Below, piece after piece: positions 54,235 through 64,000 of a DNA stretch of 64,000 bases. The stretch is taken from assembly GCA_902610905.1 (NCBI GenBank), contig CACLXS010000004.1:22880-86879 (forward strand), in the 5' to 3' direction. Below the pieces are notes generated by a model. It ran no database searches and was not told the DNA's origin. It saw only the letters and a list, made by a program, of their open reading frames with translations. The translations under genes and the position numbers were made by a program. Position 1 is the first letter of the stretch. The number at the start of each line of letters is the position of its first letter. The stretch comes from an uncultured SAR86 cluster bacterium. GTDB taxonomy: Bacteria > Pseudomonadota > Gammaproteobacteria > Magnimaribacterales > D2472.

Positions 54235-55611
54235 ATGAAAAATATATACATATTCTTTTACTTTTTTTCTTTATTTATAGTTGCTGAAAACTATGAACCC
54301 TTTGAATCAACTTACGAGCCTTTGCCGCCAACAAATACTATCTTTAGGAATGCAAGTATTTATGACGGTGAAGGAAATGAATTAAATAATACGGATTTGA
54401 TTATTAAAGATGGCAAGGTTGTTGCAATGGGCGTTGATCTTCCTAGTTCTTCTGACTTAATTGAAGTTGATGCATCTGGCAAATGGATTACTCCAGGCAT
54501 TATTGATATCCATTCTCATATGGGTGTCTATCCTGCACCAAGTGTTCGAACAAGTTCAGATGGCAATGAGGCAACTAGCCCTGTTACTGCTGAGGTATGG
54601 GCTGAACATTCTATATGGGTTCAAGACCCTCAATACGCACTCGCTCTTAAGGGAGGTGTTACAACTTTTCATGTTCTCCCAGGTTCGGCAAATTTAATTG
54701 GTGGAAGAGGAGTTACTGCAAAAAATTTACAAAGAAATACTATTAATTCTATGAAATTTCCAAATGCACCTCACTCCCTGAAAATGGCATGTGGAGAAAA
54801 TCCCAAGAGAGTTTATGGCAACAAAGGACAATCACCATCTACAAGAATGGGTAATGCGGCTGGATATAGAAAATCATGGATCAAAGCTCAAAGTTATTTG
54901 AGTAGATTAGATGAATATGAAGAAAAATCTGAAGAGGCAAAAGAATTGTCATATAAACCAACCAGAGATCTTGAATTAGAAACTTTGGCTGGCGTTTTAA
55001 GAGATGAAATCTTAGTTCACAACCATTGCTATAGAGCTGATGAAATGGCAACAATGATAGAAATAGCTAAAGAGTTTAATTATAAAATTACTGCTTTCCA
55101 TCATGCAGTTGAAGCTTATAAGATTGCTGATTTGTTAGCTGAGAATAATATCTGCGCAGCTCTTTGGGCTGATTGGTGGGGTTTTAAACATGAAGCTTAT
55201 GATATGGTCCAGGCAAATATAGCTATTGTTGATCAAGCTAGAAATGGAACAGGTTGTGCAATTGTTCATTCAGATGATGAGATAGGTATTCAACATCTAA
55301 ATGTTGAAGCTGCTAAAGCTTTATCGGCTGGCATTAAAGCTGGCTACGATATATCTAAGGCACGAGCAATAAATTGGATAACAAGTAATCCTGCAAAAGC
55401 AGCTGGAATTTATGATCAGACTGGATCATTAAAAGTTGGTAAGAATGCTGACGTTGTTTTGTGGTCTAAAAATCCATTTAGCATATATGCTTTAGCAGAA
55501 AAGGTTTATATTGATGGTGCAATAGCTTTTGATCGATCTTCAGGTCTCGAGCCCAGTAGTGATTTCGATGTTGGAATTATCAATCCTTCAAAAAACAGGA
55601 TAGAAGAATGA
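54235..55611 (+). CDS. Exported metal-dependent amidohydrolase
   Basis: TPGIIDIHSH, LKMACGENPKRVY, HNHC, FHHA, HSD, NPAKAAG, GSLKVGKNAD. Confidence 0.88.
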   Translation: MKNIYIFFYFFSLFIVAENYEPFESTYEPLPPTNTIFRNASIYDGEGNELNNTDLIIKDGKVVAMGVDLPSSSDLIEVDASGKWITPGIIDIHSHMGVYPAPSVRTSSDGNEATSPVTAEVWAEHSIWVQDPQYALALKGGVTTFHVLPGSANLIGGRGVTAKNLQRNTINSMKFPNAPHSLKMACGENPKRVYGNKGQSPSTRMGNAAGYRKSWIKAQSYLSRLDEYEEKSEEAKELSYKPTRDLELETLAGVLRDEILVHNHCYRADEMATMIEIAKEFNYKITAFHHAVEAYKIADLLAENNICAALWADWWGFKHEAYDMVQANIAIVDQARNGTGCAIVHSDDEIGIQHLNVEAAKALSAGIKAGYDISKARAINWITSNPAKAAGIYDQTGSLKVGKNADVVLWSKNPFSIYALAEKVYIDGAIAFDRSSGLEPSSDFDVGIINPSKNRIEE

Positions 55612-56882
55612 TTAAAAATAAATTTTTATTAGCTTTTATAATTTTAACTTCCAATTCAGTATTTTTAGAATCATCAAATTTAGTTATTAAAAATGCTAAA
55701 ATTTATGACGGTATTGAAAATAACTCATACCAAGGACACATATTAATTAGCGAAGGTGTCATTTCTAAAATTTCAAAGACATCAATACCTTATGCAGAAA
55801 AAATTTACGACGCTAAGGGGAAAATAGTTACTCCTGGATTTATTGCCCCAGATACACAAATAGGTATTATAGAAATAGGTGCTTTAAGTGTTACTCGAGA
55901 TGATGAAGCTTCCATATATAACATAGGCTTTAGCATTCATGATGCCTTCAATCCTAATTCGGTCTTAATTCCATGGAATAGAGCAAACGGTATCACTTCT
56001 GCAATTACCCTTCCTAGAAATACCTCAAGCCCTATCGGAGGTTTGGGTTCATTCTTTTTATTAGACAGTAATTTAGATATTTCAAGCGAAGCAGATATTG
56101 TAATGATTGGAAGATTTGGAGGAAGTGGGTCTTCCTCTAGAGCAGAAACACTTGCCTTGATAGATGATATGCTTTCTTTTGTATCATCGCTGGATAAAAA
56201 AGATATCTCATCAGATGCTTCTATTGATGAGGTTATTGATGATTCATCTCTTGCATCTCACATGGATTTTAAACCTAGAGATGTTAAAGCACTTTATAGT
56301 CTAATTCATGATAATTTACCTTTAATAATAAAAGCTCACAGAGCTTCAGACATAATTAAACTTATTGAACTAAAAAATACTTACGACCTGAATTTAATTA
56401 TTATGGGAGCACAAGAGGCATCTTTAGTGACAGATGAAATTATTGAAAATAACGTTCCTCTTATAGTTAACCCTATAAATAATATACCAAATTCTTTTGA
56501 TGAATTAGCATCAAATATAAATATGACATCAATGCTTGAAAAAGCTGGTGCCACTCTAATGTTTAATGTCTCAAGGTCTCATAACTATCATTTGATTCGA
56601 CAGGGTGCTGGAATAGCTGTTGCTAATGGGATGTCATACGGTGGAGCAATAAAAGCCTTAACAAGCAATGTTGCAAAGACATTTAATCTGAACAATAGAG
56701 GGTCTATTAAAGTAGGTAATATGGCAGATATTGTTGTTTGGGAAGATGATCCACTTGAACCATCAAGCATGCCAGAAAAAGTTTTCATTAATGGCCTTGA
56801 TACAGATTTAACCACGAGATCAACAAGGCTAAGAGATCGATATATTAAGGATTTAGAGAAACCTAATACCTATAGGAATTAG
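55608..56882 (+). CDS. Amidohydrolase-fold protein lacking metal ligands
   Basis: TPGFIAPDT in place of PG.ID.HxH; RGSIKVGNMADIVVW; overlaps the partner's stop (ATGA-type coupling). Confidence 0.8.
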   Translation: MIKNKFLLAFIILTSNSVFLESSNLVIKNAKIYDGIENNSYQGHILISEGVISKISKTSIPYAEKIYDAKGKIVTPGFIAPDTQIGIIEIGALSVTRDDEASIYNIGFSIHDAFNPNSVLIPWNRANGITSAITLPRNTSSPIGGLGSFFLLDSNLDISSEADIVMIGRFGGSGSSSRAETLALIDDMLSFVSSLDKKDISSDASIDEVIDDSSLASHMDFKPRDVKALYSLIHDNLPLIIKAHRASDIIKLIELKNTYDLNLIIMGAQEASLVTDEIIENNVPLIVNPINNIPNSFDELASNINMTSMLEKAGATLMFNVSRSHNYHLIRQGAGIAVANGMSYGGAIKALTSNVAKTFNLNNRGSIKVGNMADIVVWEDDPLEPSSMPEKVFINGLDTDLTTRSTRLRDRYIKDLEKPNTYRN

Positions 56883-56887
56883 TTAAC

Positions 56888-56963
56888 TGGTGCCGGCACC
56901 AAGAGTCGAACTCGGGACCTACTGATTACAAATCAGTTGCTCTACCAGCTGAGCTATACCGGC
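56888..56963 (-). tRNA. tRNA-Thr(TGT)
   Basis: GCCGGTATAGCTCAG...ACTGA-TTTGTAA-TCAGT...GTTCGA...GCCGGCACCA cloverleaf with encoded CCA. Confidence 0.96.
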
Positions 56964-57010
56964 GCGGGGCGAATTTTACATTAATTAAATCTTTCAGGGA
57001 ATAGGTTATT

Positions 57011-57565
57011 TTAAATATCTAATGCGCATCCAGTTCCTCCAAGACCACAATACCCGTTAGGATTTTTTGCAAGATATTGTTGATGATATTCTTCAGCAAG
57101 ATAAAACTTTGGGGCAAGCAATATTTCTGTTGTAATCTGCTGATAATTATTTTTGCTCAAAACTTCCTGATACTTTTTCATGGTTGAAAGGCTTGCACCT
57201 AAATCTTCTTCAGATGAACAATAAATTACTGATCGATATTGTGTTCCTTTATCATTACCTTGTCGCATGCCTTGTGTTGGGTCATGACATTCCCAAAAAG
57301 TTTTAAGAAGAGCATCGATTGAAATTACTAATGGGTCATAAACAACTTTTACAACTTCAACATGATTTGTTTCTTCATAACAAACTTGTTCATATGTAGG
57401 ATTTATAGAATTTCCTCCAGCATAACCAACAGAGGTTAGCCATACGCCTTCTAATATCCAGAATTTTCTTTCCACTCCCCAAAAACATCCTGCACCAAAA
57501 ATTATTTCATTGAAATCCTCAGGTTTATCTGAACTGAGATCAATGCCGCTAAGAAAATGTTTCAT
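57011..57565 (-). CDS. msrA: Peptide-methionine (S)-S-oxide reductase
   Basis: GCFWGVE, NPTYEQVC, HDPTQGMRQGND.GTQYRS, AEEYHQQY. Confidence 0.96.
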   Translation of the reverse strand: MKHFLSGIDLSSDKPEDFNEIIFGAGCFWGVERKFWILEGVWLTSVGYAGGNSINPTYEQVCYEETNHVEVVKVVYDPLVISIDALLKTFWECHDPTQGMRQGNDKGTQYRSVIYCSSEEDLGASLSTMKKYQEVLSKNNYQQITTEILLAPKFYLAEEYHQQYLAKNPNGYCGLGGTGCALDI

Positions 57566-57567
57566 AT

Positions 57568-58308
57568 TTAATAAATACCCTCAATTGATATCTCTCCATG
57601 CTCATATTTCATTTCTTCATTGTTCTTCATTTTAAGATTAAGACTTCCATCAGCATTTATCCCTAAAAAGATACCTTCATTAATAATGTTGTTGTTTTGT
57701 TTAATTTTAATTTCATGATTTAAATGAACGCAATGTTTATGCCAAAGCTTTTGCCAATCAGAAATCCCGTTATCATAAAATTTAATATAACCATGAAGTA
57801 TTTTATTGATTAGTTCATCTCTTCTTAGATGAATTCCGAGCTTATACAAATCTCCCCACCAATCTTCTTTTTCAGGATGATTAAGATTTATACCTATACC
57901 TACTATATTATTATTATCCTTTCCCATAATCTCTTTTTCAACAAGAATGCCTCCAATTTTTTTCTTATCAAGGAGCATGTCATTTGGCCATTTGAGCCCA
58001 ATAGAACCATTTTTAATCATTGAATTTAGAGTTTCTACGCATATTAAGCCAACTAAAAGGCTAAGCGGGATATTTTTTGGAAGTTCTTTAGAATAAATTG
58101 ACATATAAACGTTGCCAGAACTTGGACTAGACCAACTTTTTCCAAGCCTTCCTTTGCCCATTGTTTGTTTTTCAGCAATTACTACATGAAAATCTTTTTT
58201 TTGGTTAATTCTTTTACATTCCTCATTGGTAGAGTCAATATTTTCAAACAAATGTAATTCAACCCTATTCTTAGGCAATTTATCTAAAATTTTGTGTTTA
58301 TTTAACAT
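57568..58308 (-). CDS. birA: Biotin--protein ligase without DNA-binding domain
   Basis: DSTN, AEKQT.GKGRLG..W, LKWPND, KIGGILVE; ATG at 58308 preferred. Confidence 0.92.
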   Translation of the reverse strand: MLNKHKILDKLPKNRVELHLFENIDSTNEECKRINQKKDFHVVIAEKQTMGKGRLGKSWSSPSSGNVYMSIYSKELPKNIPLSLLVGLICVETLNSMIKNGSIGLKWPNDMLLDKKKIGGILVEKEIMGKDNNNIVGIGINLNHPEKEDWWGDLYKLGIHLRRDELINKILHGYIKFYDNGISDWQKLWHKHCVHLNHEIKIKQNNNIINEGIFLGINADGSLNLKMKNNEEMKYEHGEISIEGIY

Positions 58309-58369
58309 ATTCACTTTAAAAAACTGTTGACTTAAATGCATTCTAGAACAAAAATAGCTTGCTTGATAT

Positions 58370-58453
58370 GGAGAGGTGGGTGAGTGGTTAATACCAGCAG
58401 ACTGTAAATCTGCCGCTTCGGCTACGTAGGTTCGAATCCTACCCTCTCCACCA
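58370..58453 (+). tRNA. tRNA-Tyr(GTA)
   Basis: GGAGAGG/CCTCTCC acceptor, GCAGA-CTGTAAA-TCTGC, long variable arm, CCA. Confidence 0.96.
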
Positions 58454-58512
58454 CGTCTATTTTAAGAGCAAAAAACACTATAAAAATAATCCCAAATTTA
58501 TGTTAAAAAAGG

Positions 58513-58549
58513 TTGAGTTTATAACTATTTAGAGGGATAATACGCCACC
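58513..58549 (+). promoter_or_regulatory. Putative stable-RNA-type promoter for tRNA-Thr-tuf
   Basis: TTGAGT-17 bp-GATAAT-ACGCCACC, A-tract upstream. Confidence 0.6.
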
Positions 58550-58574
58550 TTAAAATAGGATGCTGCGTGAACGG

Positions 58575-58649
58575 GCTCATATAGCTCAGCGGTAGAGCAC
58601 TTGCTTGGTAAGTAAGAGGTCACCGGTTCAAGTCCGGTTATGAGCTCCA
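58575..58649 (+). tRNA. tRNA-Thr(GGT)
   Basis: GCTCATA/TATGAGC acceptor, CTTGC-TTGGTAA-GTAAG, CCA; precedes tuf. Confidence 0.95.
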
Positions 58650-58687
58650 TTTAAGTATATTTAATTATTTCAGAGAGGCATAAAAAA

Positions 58688-59878
58688 ATGGCAAGAGAAA
58701 AATTTGAAAGAACGCTTCCCCACGTTAATGTAGGGACAGTTGGTCACGTTGACCATGGTAAGACAACACTTACAGCTGCACTAACAAAAGTTGCTGCTGA
58801 AGTATATGGTGGAGACGCTGTTGACTTTGCAAATATTGATAATGCTCCAGAAGAAAGAGAAAGAGGTATTACTATTGCTACTTCTCATGTTGAGTACGTT
58901 TCAACTGCACGTCACTACGCGCACGTTGATTGTCCAGGTCACGCAGACTATGTAAAAAATATGATTACTGGTGCTGCTCAAATGGACGGCGCAATATTAG
59001 TAGTAAGTGCTGCTGACGGTCCAATGCCTCAAACAAGAGAACATATCCTACTAGCTAGACAGGTTGGTGTTCCTTATATTGTTGTTTATATGAATAAAGC
59101 TGATCAAAATGATGATCCTGAAATGATAGAGCTTGTTGAAATGGAAATTAGAGAGCTATTGAATGAATATGACTTTCCAGGAGATGATACACCTATCATT
59201 GTTGGCAGTGCTCTAAAGGCTCTTGAAGGTGATACATCTGAAATTGGTGTTCCTTCAGTACAAAAGCTTGTAGAAACATTAGATTCATACGTACCAGAAC
59301 CAGAAAGACCAGTAGATGGTGCTTTCCTTATGCCTATCGAAGACGTATTTACTATTTCAGGAAGAGGAACTGTTGTAACAGGAAGAATTGAAACTGGTAT
59401 TGTTAATACGGGTGATCCTTTAGAGATTGTAGGTATTAAAGATACATCTACAACAACATGTACTGGTGTGGAAATGTTCAGAAAATCTTTAGATGAAGGA
59501 AGAGCAGGTGAAAACTGTGGTGTTCTTCTTAGAGGAGTTGAAAGAGACGCTGTTGAAAGAGGCCAAGTTATTGCCAAGCCTGGTTCAATTACACCTCACA
59601 CAAAATTTGAAGCTGAGATATACGTACTAAGTAAAGATGAAGGTGGAAGACATACACCATTCATGAATAACTACAGACCTCAGTTTTATTTTAGAACAAC
59701 TGATGTAACTGGTGCTTGTGAGCTTCCAAGTGGTGTTGAAATGGTAATGCCTGGTGACAACATTAAAATGAATGTTGAGCTTATTGCTCCAATCGCTATG
59801 GACGAAGGTCTAAAATTTGCGATTAGAGAAGGTGGAAGAACAGTTGGTGCTGGCGTAGTATCAAAAATTATTGAGTAA
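58688..59878 (+). CDS. tuf: Elongation factor Tu
   Basis: [40 protein letters not shown]. Confidence 0.99.
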   Translation: MAREKFERTLPHVNVGTVGHVDHGKTTLTAALTKVAAEVYGGDAVDFANIDNAPEERERGITIATSHVEYVSTARHYAHVDCPGHADYVKNMITGAAQMDGAILVVSAADGPMPQTREHILLARQVGVPYIVVYMNKADQNDDPEMIELVEMEIRELLNEYDFPGDDTPIIVGSALKALEGDTSEIGVPSVQKLVETLDSYVPEPERPVDGAFLMPIEDVFTISGRGTVVTGRIETGIVNTGDPLEIVGIKDTSTTTCTGVEMFRKSLDEGRAGENCGVLLRGVERDAVERGQVIAKPGSITPHTKFEAEIYVLSKDEGGRHTPFMNNYRPQFYFRTTDVTGACELPSGVEMVMPGDNIKMNVELIAPIAMDEGLKFAIREGGRTVGAGVVSKIIE

Positions 59879-59891
59879 TCAAGAACTTATT

Positions 59892-59915
59892 AGCCGAGAC
59901 CTTTGTGTCTCGGCT
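59892..59915 (+). other. 9-bp hairpin between tuf and tRNA-Trp (stabiliser, processing site or weak terminator)
   Basis: AGCCGAGAC-CTTTGT-GTCTCGGCT; no clean U-tract. Confidence 0.5.
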
Positions 59916-59948
59916 TGCTTGTCTCTGAGGAATATGAAAATTAATTTT

Positions 59949-60024
59949 AGGCCAGTAGCTCAATTGGTAGAGTACCGGTCTCCAAAACCGGGGGTTGTGG
60001 GTTCGAGACCCTCCTGGCCTGCCA
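59949..60024 (+). tRNA. tRNA-Trp(CCA)
   Basis: AGGCCAG/CTGGCCT acceptor, anticodon loop CTCCAAA, CCA; tuf-tRNA-Trp-secE synteny. Confidence 0.95.
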
Positions 60025-60054
60025 AGCTTGACTTGGAGCCGAAATAGGAAATAT

Positions 60055-60417
60055 ATGGCTAAAGGATCAACTTCAAAATTATTAGATAACATCAAATGGT
60101 TTGCTGCATTATCAGTATTCTCTGCTGCTGTTATAGGTAATAGTTATTTTGTAGAGGTTGCCTTTTTATATCGAGTCCTTGGAGTTGTATTCTTATTTAT
60201 TGTAGGTCTTGGCATATTAGCCGTGACAAACTTTGGTTCGAATGCTATTAAGTTAATGAGAGAATCTAGAACAGAAATAAGAAGAGTTGTATGGCCAACT
60301 CGTATAGAAACAACTCAAACTTTTTTAGTAGTTTTTGGTTCAATTATAGTTTTGTGCCTATTCTTTTGGGCGCTTGAATCACTTCTAACTTTTTTAACTA
60401 AACTGGTACTAGGATAA
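60055..60417 (+). CDS. secE: Preprotein translocase subunit SecE
   Basis: Three TMs, EIRRVVWPTR; ATG at 60055 after AGGAA. Confidence 0.94.
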   Translation: MAKGSTSKLLDNIKWFAALSVFSAAVIGNSYFVEVAFLYRVLGVVFLFIVGLGILAVTNFGSNAIKLMRESRTEIRRVVWPTRIETTQTFLVVFGSIIVLCLFFWALESLLTFLTKLVLG

Positions 60418-60421
60418 CATC

Positions 60422-60949
60422 ATGGATTGGTATGTAATTCAAGCTTATTCGGGCTACGAGCAAAAGGTTAAAGCTGCTCTTGAAGAGAAAATTGAACTTA
60501 ATAATCTTGCTGATAAATTTGGCGAGATATTAATACCAACAGAACAAATAGTTGAGCTAAAAGGTGGTTCAAAAAAAACAACTGAAAGAAAATTTTTTCC
60601 AGGCTACATATTAGTGCAAATGATTTTGGAAGATGATTCTTGGCAATTAGTCCAATCAACACCTAGAGTTTCAGGTTTTGTTGGAGGAACAAAAGACAGA
60701 CCCTTACCAATTTCTGAAGAAGATGTTAATAACATTATAAATAGAATTGAAGTAGGTGAAGATGCACCAGCTCCAAAAACAATATACGAACCTGGTGAAG
60801 TAGTTAGAGTTTGTGACGGACCTTTCAATGATTTCAATGGTGTTGTTGAAAACGTTGATTATGAAAGGAATATGGTTAAGGTTTCAGTTCAAATTTTAGG
60901 AAGAGCAACACCAGTTGATCTTGAGTTTATACAAATTGAGAAAACATAA
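60422..60949 (+). CDS. nusG: Transcription elongation factor NusG
   Basis: [34 protein letters not shown]. Confidence 0.97.
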   Translation: MDWYVIQAYSGYEQKVKAALEEKIELNNLADKFGEILIPTEQIVELKGGSKKTTERKFFPGYILVQMILEDDSWQLVQSTPRVSGFVGGTKDRPLPISEEDVNNIINRIEVGEDAPAPKTIYEPGEVVRVCDGPFNDFNGVVENVDYERNMVKVSVQILGRATPVDLEFIQIEKT

Positions 60950-61377
60950 TGGCAAAAAAAGTAGCAAATATTCTTAAATTACAAATACCTGCGGGCGCAG
61001 CTAATCCAAGTCCTCCAGTTGGACCTGCTTTAGGTCAAGTTGGTGTAAACATAATGGATTTTTGTAATGCATTTAACTCTGAAACTCAAAATGCAGAAAA
61101 GGGCTTGCCTCTTCCAGTAGTTATAACTGTATACGAAGATAAATCTTTCACATTTGTTGTTAAAACACCACCTGCTGCCGTTTTGATTAAAAAAACTTTA
61201 GGAATACCAAAAGGAAGTGGTGAGCCAAATAGAGAAAAGGTTGGAAAATTATCAAGAGCACAACTTGAAGATATAGCAAAACAGAAAGAACCTGATCTAA
61301 ATTCAAATGACATAGATGCTGCAGTATTAATTATTGCAGGAACAGCAAGAAGTATGGGTGTTGAGGTAGATTTATGA
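60949..61377 (+). CDS. rplK: 50S ribosomal protein L11
   Basis: [24 protein letters not shown]. Confidence 0.98.
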   Translation: MAKKVANILKLQIPAGAANPSPPVGPALGQVGVNIMDFCNAFNSETQNAEKGLPLPVVITVYEDKSFTFVVKTPPAAVLIKKTLGIPKGSGEPNREKVGKLSRAQLEDIAKQKEPDLNSNDIDAAVLIIAGTARSMGVEVDL

Positions 61378-62066
61378 GCAAGTTAACAAAAAAACAAAAA
61401 ATTCTAGTTGAAAAGGTAGATCCTGAGAAAACTTACTCAGTTTCTGAAGCTCTAGAAATAATGCAGTCTGTTAAGTCAGCTAAGTTTGAAGAATCTGTTG
61501 ATATTGCAGTAAGGCTAGGCGTGGATCCTAATAAATCTGATCAAAATGTTAGAGGTGCTGTAACGCTTCCTAATAGTTTAGGTAAAGCTGTAACAGTTGC
61601 TGTTTTTGCAGACGGAGATCAAGCAGATGCAGCAAAAGATGCTGGAGCTGAATTTATTGGAATGGATGATTTAGCAGAAAAATTTACAAAAGAAGAAGTA
61701 AGCGCTGATGTAGTAATTTCAACAAATGCTGCAATGAAAGTTGTTGGTAAGCTTGGTCAAGTTCTAGGTCCAAAAGGTTTAATGCCAAATCCAAAGACTG
61801 GAACTGTAACAGATGATGTTGCAACAGCGATTAATAATGCAAAAGCTGGACAAGTAAGATTTAGAACAGATAAAAATGGAATTATTCATGGAAGTATTGG
61901 CAAAGTATCTTTTGATACGGACAAAATTATAGCCAATGCGTCTGCATTACTAGAAGAATTAAAAAAATTAAAACCAGCATCTGCTAAGGGTGTATATATA
62001 GGCAATATTGCTTTAAGTAGCACTATGGGGCCTGGAATAAAAATTAATTCCTCAGAGTTGGTATAA
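61374..62066 (+). CDS. rplA: 50S ribosomal protein L1
   Basis: [29 protein letters not shown]. Confidence 0.98.
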   Translation: MSKLTKKQKILVEKVDPEKTYSVSEALEIMQSVKSAKFEESVDIAVRLGVDPNKSDQNVRGAVTLPNSLGKAVTVAVFADGDQADAAKDAGAEFIGMDDLAEKFTKEEVSADVVISTNAAMKVVGKLGQVLGPKGLMPNPKTGTVTDDVATAINNAKAGQVRFRTDKNGIIHGSIGKVSFDTDKIIANASALLEELKKLKPASAKGVYIGNIALSSTMGPGIKINSSELV

Positions 62067-62115
62067 GTTTTAGCTTTATAAGAAATTATAAAGTTAGATA
62101 GTTGCGTTTACGCAG

Positions 62116-62165
62116 CCGTCAAAGACCGTAGGTGTCGTAAGACTTAATTTCCTACGTAGGTGGTG
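62116..62165 (+). promoter_or_regulatory. L10 leader (rplJL autoregulatory RNA)
   Basis: CCGTC.AAGAC.GTAGG...CTTAA..CCTACGTAG..GGTG resembles the L10 leader as recalled; position upstream of rplJ. Confidence 0.8.
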
Positions 62166-62227
62166 TTCAAATTGTAATTTTGCAATTTGTCGCCGAATGG
62201 CCGAGAGGCTTAAATAGGAGAATTGCT

Positions 62228-62758
62228 GTGGCGTTATCGAAAAGTGAAAAAGAAAAAATTGTAGGCGAAGTTAAAGAAGTTGCATCTAATGCATCATCTT
62301 TAGTTATTTCAGATGCTAGAGGCCTTAAGGTCAGTGAGCTATCTGAGGTAAGACAAAAAGCTACTCAAGCAGGTATTCATATTCAGGTTATAAAAAACTC
62401 ACTTGCTAAATTGGCATTTGAGGGTACTGATTTTGGATGTTCTGATGAAGTTTTAGTTGGCCCATCATTATTTGCTTTTTCATTTGAAGAGCCTGGTGCA
62501 GCTGCAAAGTTGCTCAAAACATATGCTAAAAACTTTGATAATCTAGATATCAAAGCATTAGTTGTTGAGGGTCAATTGCTTGATGGAAGCCAGATAGATA
62601 TTCTAGCTAGCTTACCTTCTAAAGATGAGGCTTATGGTCTTATTGCTAATGTATTGCAAGCGCCAGTTACCAAGTTTGCTACTTTATTAAATGAAGTACC
62701 AAGTAAACTTGCAAGAGTTTTATCAGCAGTTCATGACAAAAAAAAGGCATCTGCCTAA
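62228..62758 (+). CDS. rplJ: 50S ribosomal protein L10
   Basis: GTG start after AGGAGA; RGLKV, VIKNSL, LASLPS. Confidence 0.96.
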   Translation: MALSKSEKEKIVGEVKEVASNASSLVISDARGLKVSELSEVRQKATQAGIHIQVIKNSLAKLAFEGTDFGCSDEVLVGPSLFAFSFEEPGAAAKLLKTYAKNFDNLDIKALVVEGQLLDGSQIDILASLPSKDEAYGLIANVLQAPVTKFATLLNEVPSKLARVLSAVHDKKKASA

Positions 62759-62777
62759 ATTATAAGGAGAATTAAAA

Positions 62778-63158
62778 ATGGCAACTAGTAAAGAAGATAT
62801 TTTAAAGGCTATTGAGGAAATGTCTGTGATGGATCTTGTTGATCTTATTTCAGATATTGAAGAAAAATTTGGTGTAACAGCAGCAGCAGCAGTTGCGGCA
62901 GCGCCTGCAGCAGCAGGTGGTGGCGACGCTCCAGCAGCAGAAGAAAAAGATTCTTTTGATGTTGTTTTAAGTGCAGCTGGAGATCAAAAAGTTCAAGTAA
63001 TTAAAGCTGTAAGAGCGATTACAGGTCTTGGACTTAAAGAAGCAAAAGATATGGTTGATGGAGCACCAAGTACTGTTAAAGAGGGTGCAAGTAAAGATGA
63101 TGCAGAGGCAATGGTTGCCCAGCTAACTGAAGCCGGTGCAACAGCTGAACTTAAATAA
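62778..63158 (+). CDS. rplL: 50S ribosomal protein L7/L12
   Basis: EEKFGV, Ala hinge, GLGLKEAK. Confidence 0.98.
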   Translation: MATSKEDILKAIEEMSVMDLVDLISDIEEKFGVTAAAAVAAAPAAAGGGDAPAAEEKDSFDVVLSAAGDQKVQVIKAVRAITGLGLKEAKDMVDGAPSTVKEGASKDDAEAMVAQLTEAGATAELK

Positions 63159-63199
63159 CATTAAACCTATAAATCTATATTAATTAAAAGGGCGCATTT

Positions 63200-64000
63200 A
63201 TGTCATACAGTTATACAGAAAAGAAAAGAATAAGAAAAAACTTTGGTACTTTCGCAAAGGTAATGGATCTTCCAAATCTTATTGAAACCCAAACAAAATC
63301 TTATTCTGAATTTTTACAAGCTGATGTGGCACCTGAAGCAAGGCAAAAACAAGGACTTGAAGAAGTTTTCCAGTCATTATTTCCTATTAAAAGTGTTTCA
63401 GGTAATGCTGCTCTTGAATATGTTTCATATGAACTCGGAAAGAATACCTTCGATGTTAAGGAATGCTTAATACAAGGCTTATCATATTCTGCACCCCTAA
63501 GAATTAAAGTTAAACTAGTTCTCTATGACAGAGAGTCTAATTTTAAAGAAGTAAAAGATATTAAAGAAGGCGAAGTATTTATGGGAGAAGTTCCTTTAAT
63601 GACTTCTGATGCATCTTTTATAATTAATGGAACTGAAAGAGTAGTTGTGTCGCAACTGCACAGATCTCCTGGTGTTTTTTATGATCACGATAAAGGTAAG
63701 ACCCATTCTTCAGGTAAAGTTTTATATTCTGCGAGAATAATTCCTTACAGAGGTTCATGGTTGGATTTTGAGTTTGACCCTAAAGACATTTTGTTTAGTC
63801 GTATTGATAGAAGGAGAAAAATACCTGCAACAATAATGCTTAGAGCATTAGACATGGGTACCGAGGAAATATTGTCTGAGTTTTATGATGAAGATATTTT
63901 TACCCTAGAAAAAGACACTGTAAAACTCGCTCTCATACCTGAAAGGCTTAGAGGTGAAACTTTGCCTGTAGACCTTAAGGTTAAAAGCAAGGTTTATGTA
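63200..64000 (+). CDS. rpoB: RNA polymerase beta subunit (5' part, runs off the window)
   Basis: Read by hand: [15 protein letters not shown]..., [33 protein letters not shown]. Confidence 0.97.
   Translation, partial: MSYSYTEKKRIRKNFGTFAKVMDLPNLIETQTKSYSEFLQADVAPEARQKQGLEEVFQSLFPIKSVSGNAALEYVSYELGKNTFDVKECLIQGLSYSAPLRIKVKLVLYDRESNFKEVKDIKEGEVFMGEVPLMTSDASFIINGTERVVVSQLHRSPGVFYDHDKGKTHSSGKVLYSARIIPYRGSWLDFEFDPKDILFSRIDRRRKIPATIMLRALDMGTEEILSEFYDEDIFTLEKDTVKLALIPERLRGETLPVDLKVKSKVYV

Noticed and set aside
47400-56888. Possible genomic island integrated at the 3' end of tRNA-Thr(TGT)
   Set aside because: Accessory-type genes abut the tRNA, but I saw no integrase, no duplicated tRNA 3' end and no evident composition shift
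59104-59577. 157-aa antisense ORF in tuf, and similar antisense ORFs in ilvD, trxA, the RND gene, lpxC and adh
   Set aside because: Shadow frames of conserved genes caused by codon bias; no motifs or RBS
59997-60013. T.T mismatch in the tRNA-Trp T-stem
   Set aside because: A single mismatch in an otherwise canonical tRNA at its conserved locus; not evidence of a pseudogene or recoding
59995-60054. N-terminal extension of secE in the ORF track (similar extensions for rplJ, rlmB, birA, DUF4399 and the DsbD domain)
   Set aside because: Overlaps tRNA-Trp or neighbouring features; downstream starts fit SD position and family N-termini better
63282-63470. 62-aa ORF from the track
   Set aside because: Out-of-frame reading inside rpoB, which starts at 63200

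Overview
Low-GC, tightly packed chromosomal segment of a streamlined marine gammaproteobacterium. The 16S rRNA contains ATACAGACGGACGCTAAGCC (~37104-37123), which I recall as the target of the SAR86-clade FISH probes, so SAR86 is the most likely source. The window is mostly housekeeping: mpl; rsfS-rlmH-mrdA-rodA-mltB-dacA-dat; holA-lptE-leuS-accCB-aroQ; ilvD-hemB-trxA-rho; hemDC-rsmD; a TetR-RND efflux unit; bamD/rluD; ilvIHC; one 16S-23S-5S operon without spacer tRNAs; coaE-yacG; secA-lpxC-rlmB-rnr; four tRNAs; and tuf-secE-nusG-rplKAJL-rpoB (partial). An accessory block at ~47.4-56.9 kb holds two TonB-dependent receptors, a MerC-domain protein, a Zn-dependent alcohol dehydrogenase and an amidohydrolase pair. 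The strongest candidate for an undescribed system is at 50078-53106 (minus strand). A 92-aa leader ORF has a signal/TM segment, HDHxxEH, CxxC, a 41-aa spacer and a C-terminal RAPP ribosome-arrest motif. Its RAPP codons are complementary to the Shine-Dalgarno of the next gene, a very His/Asp/Glu-rich ZnuD-like receptor, which is followed by a MerC-like gene. This looks like a metal (probably Zn)-sensing nascent-peptide switch controlling metal uptake; related systems are known, but the function here is inferred. Several core proteins (LeuS, HemB, SecA) are Cys-free variants at their usual Zn sites, and others (DsbD, RNase R, IlvH, BirA) are domain-truncated. I saw no CRISPR array, integrase or transposase. 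All calls come from motif recognition and synteny by eye; no database searches were run.
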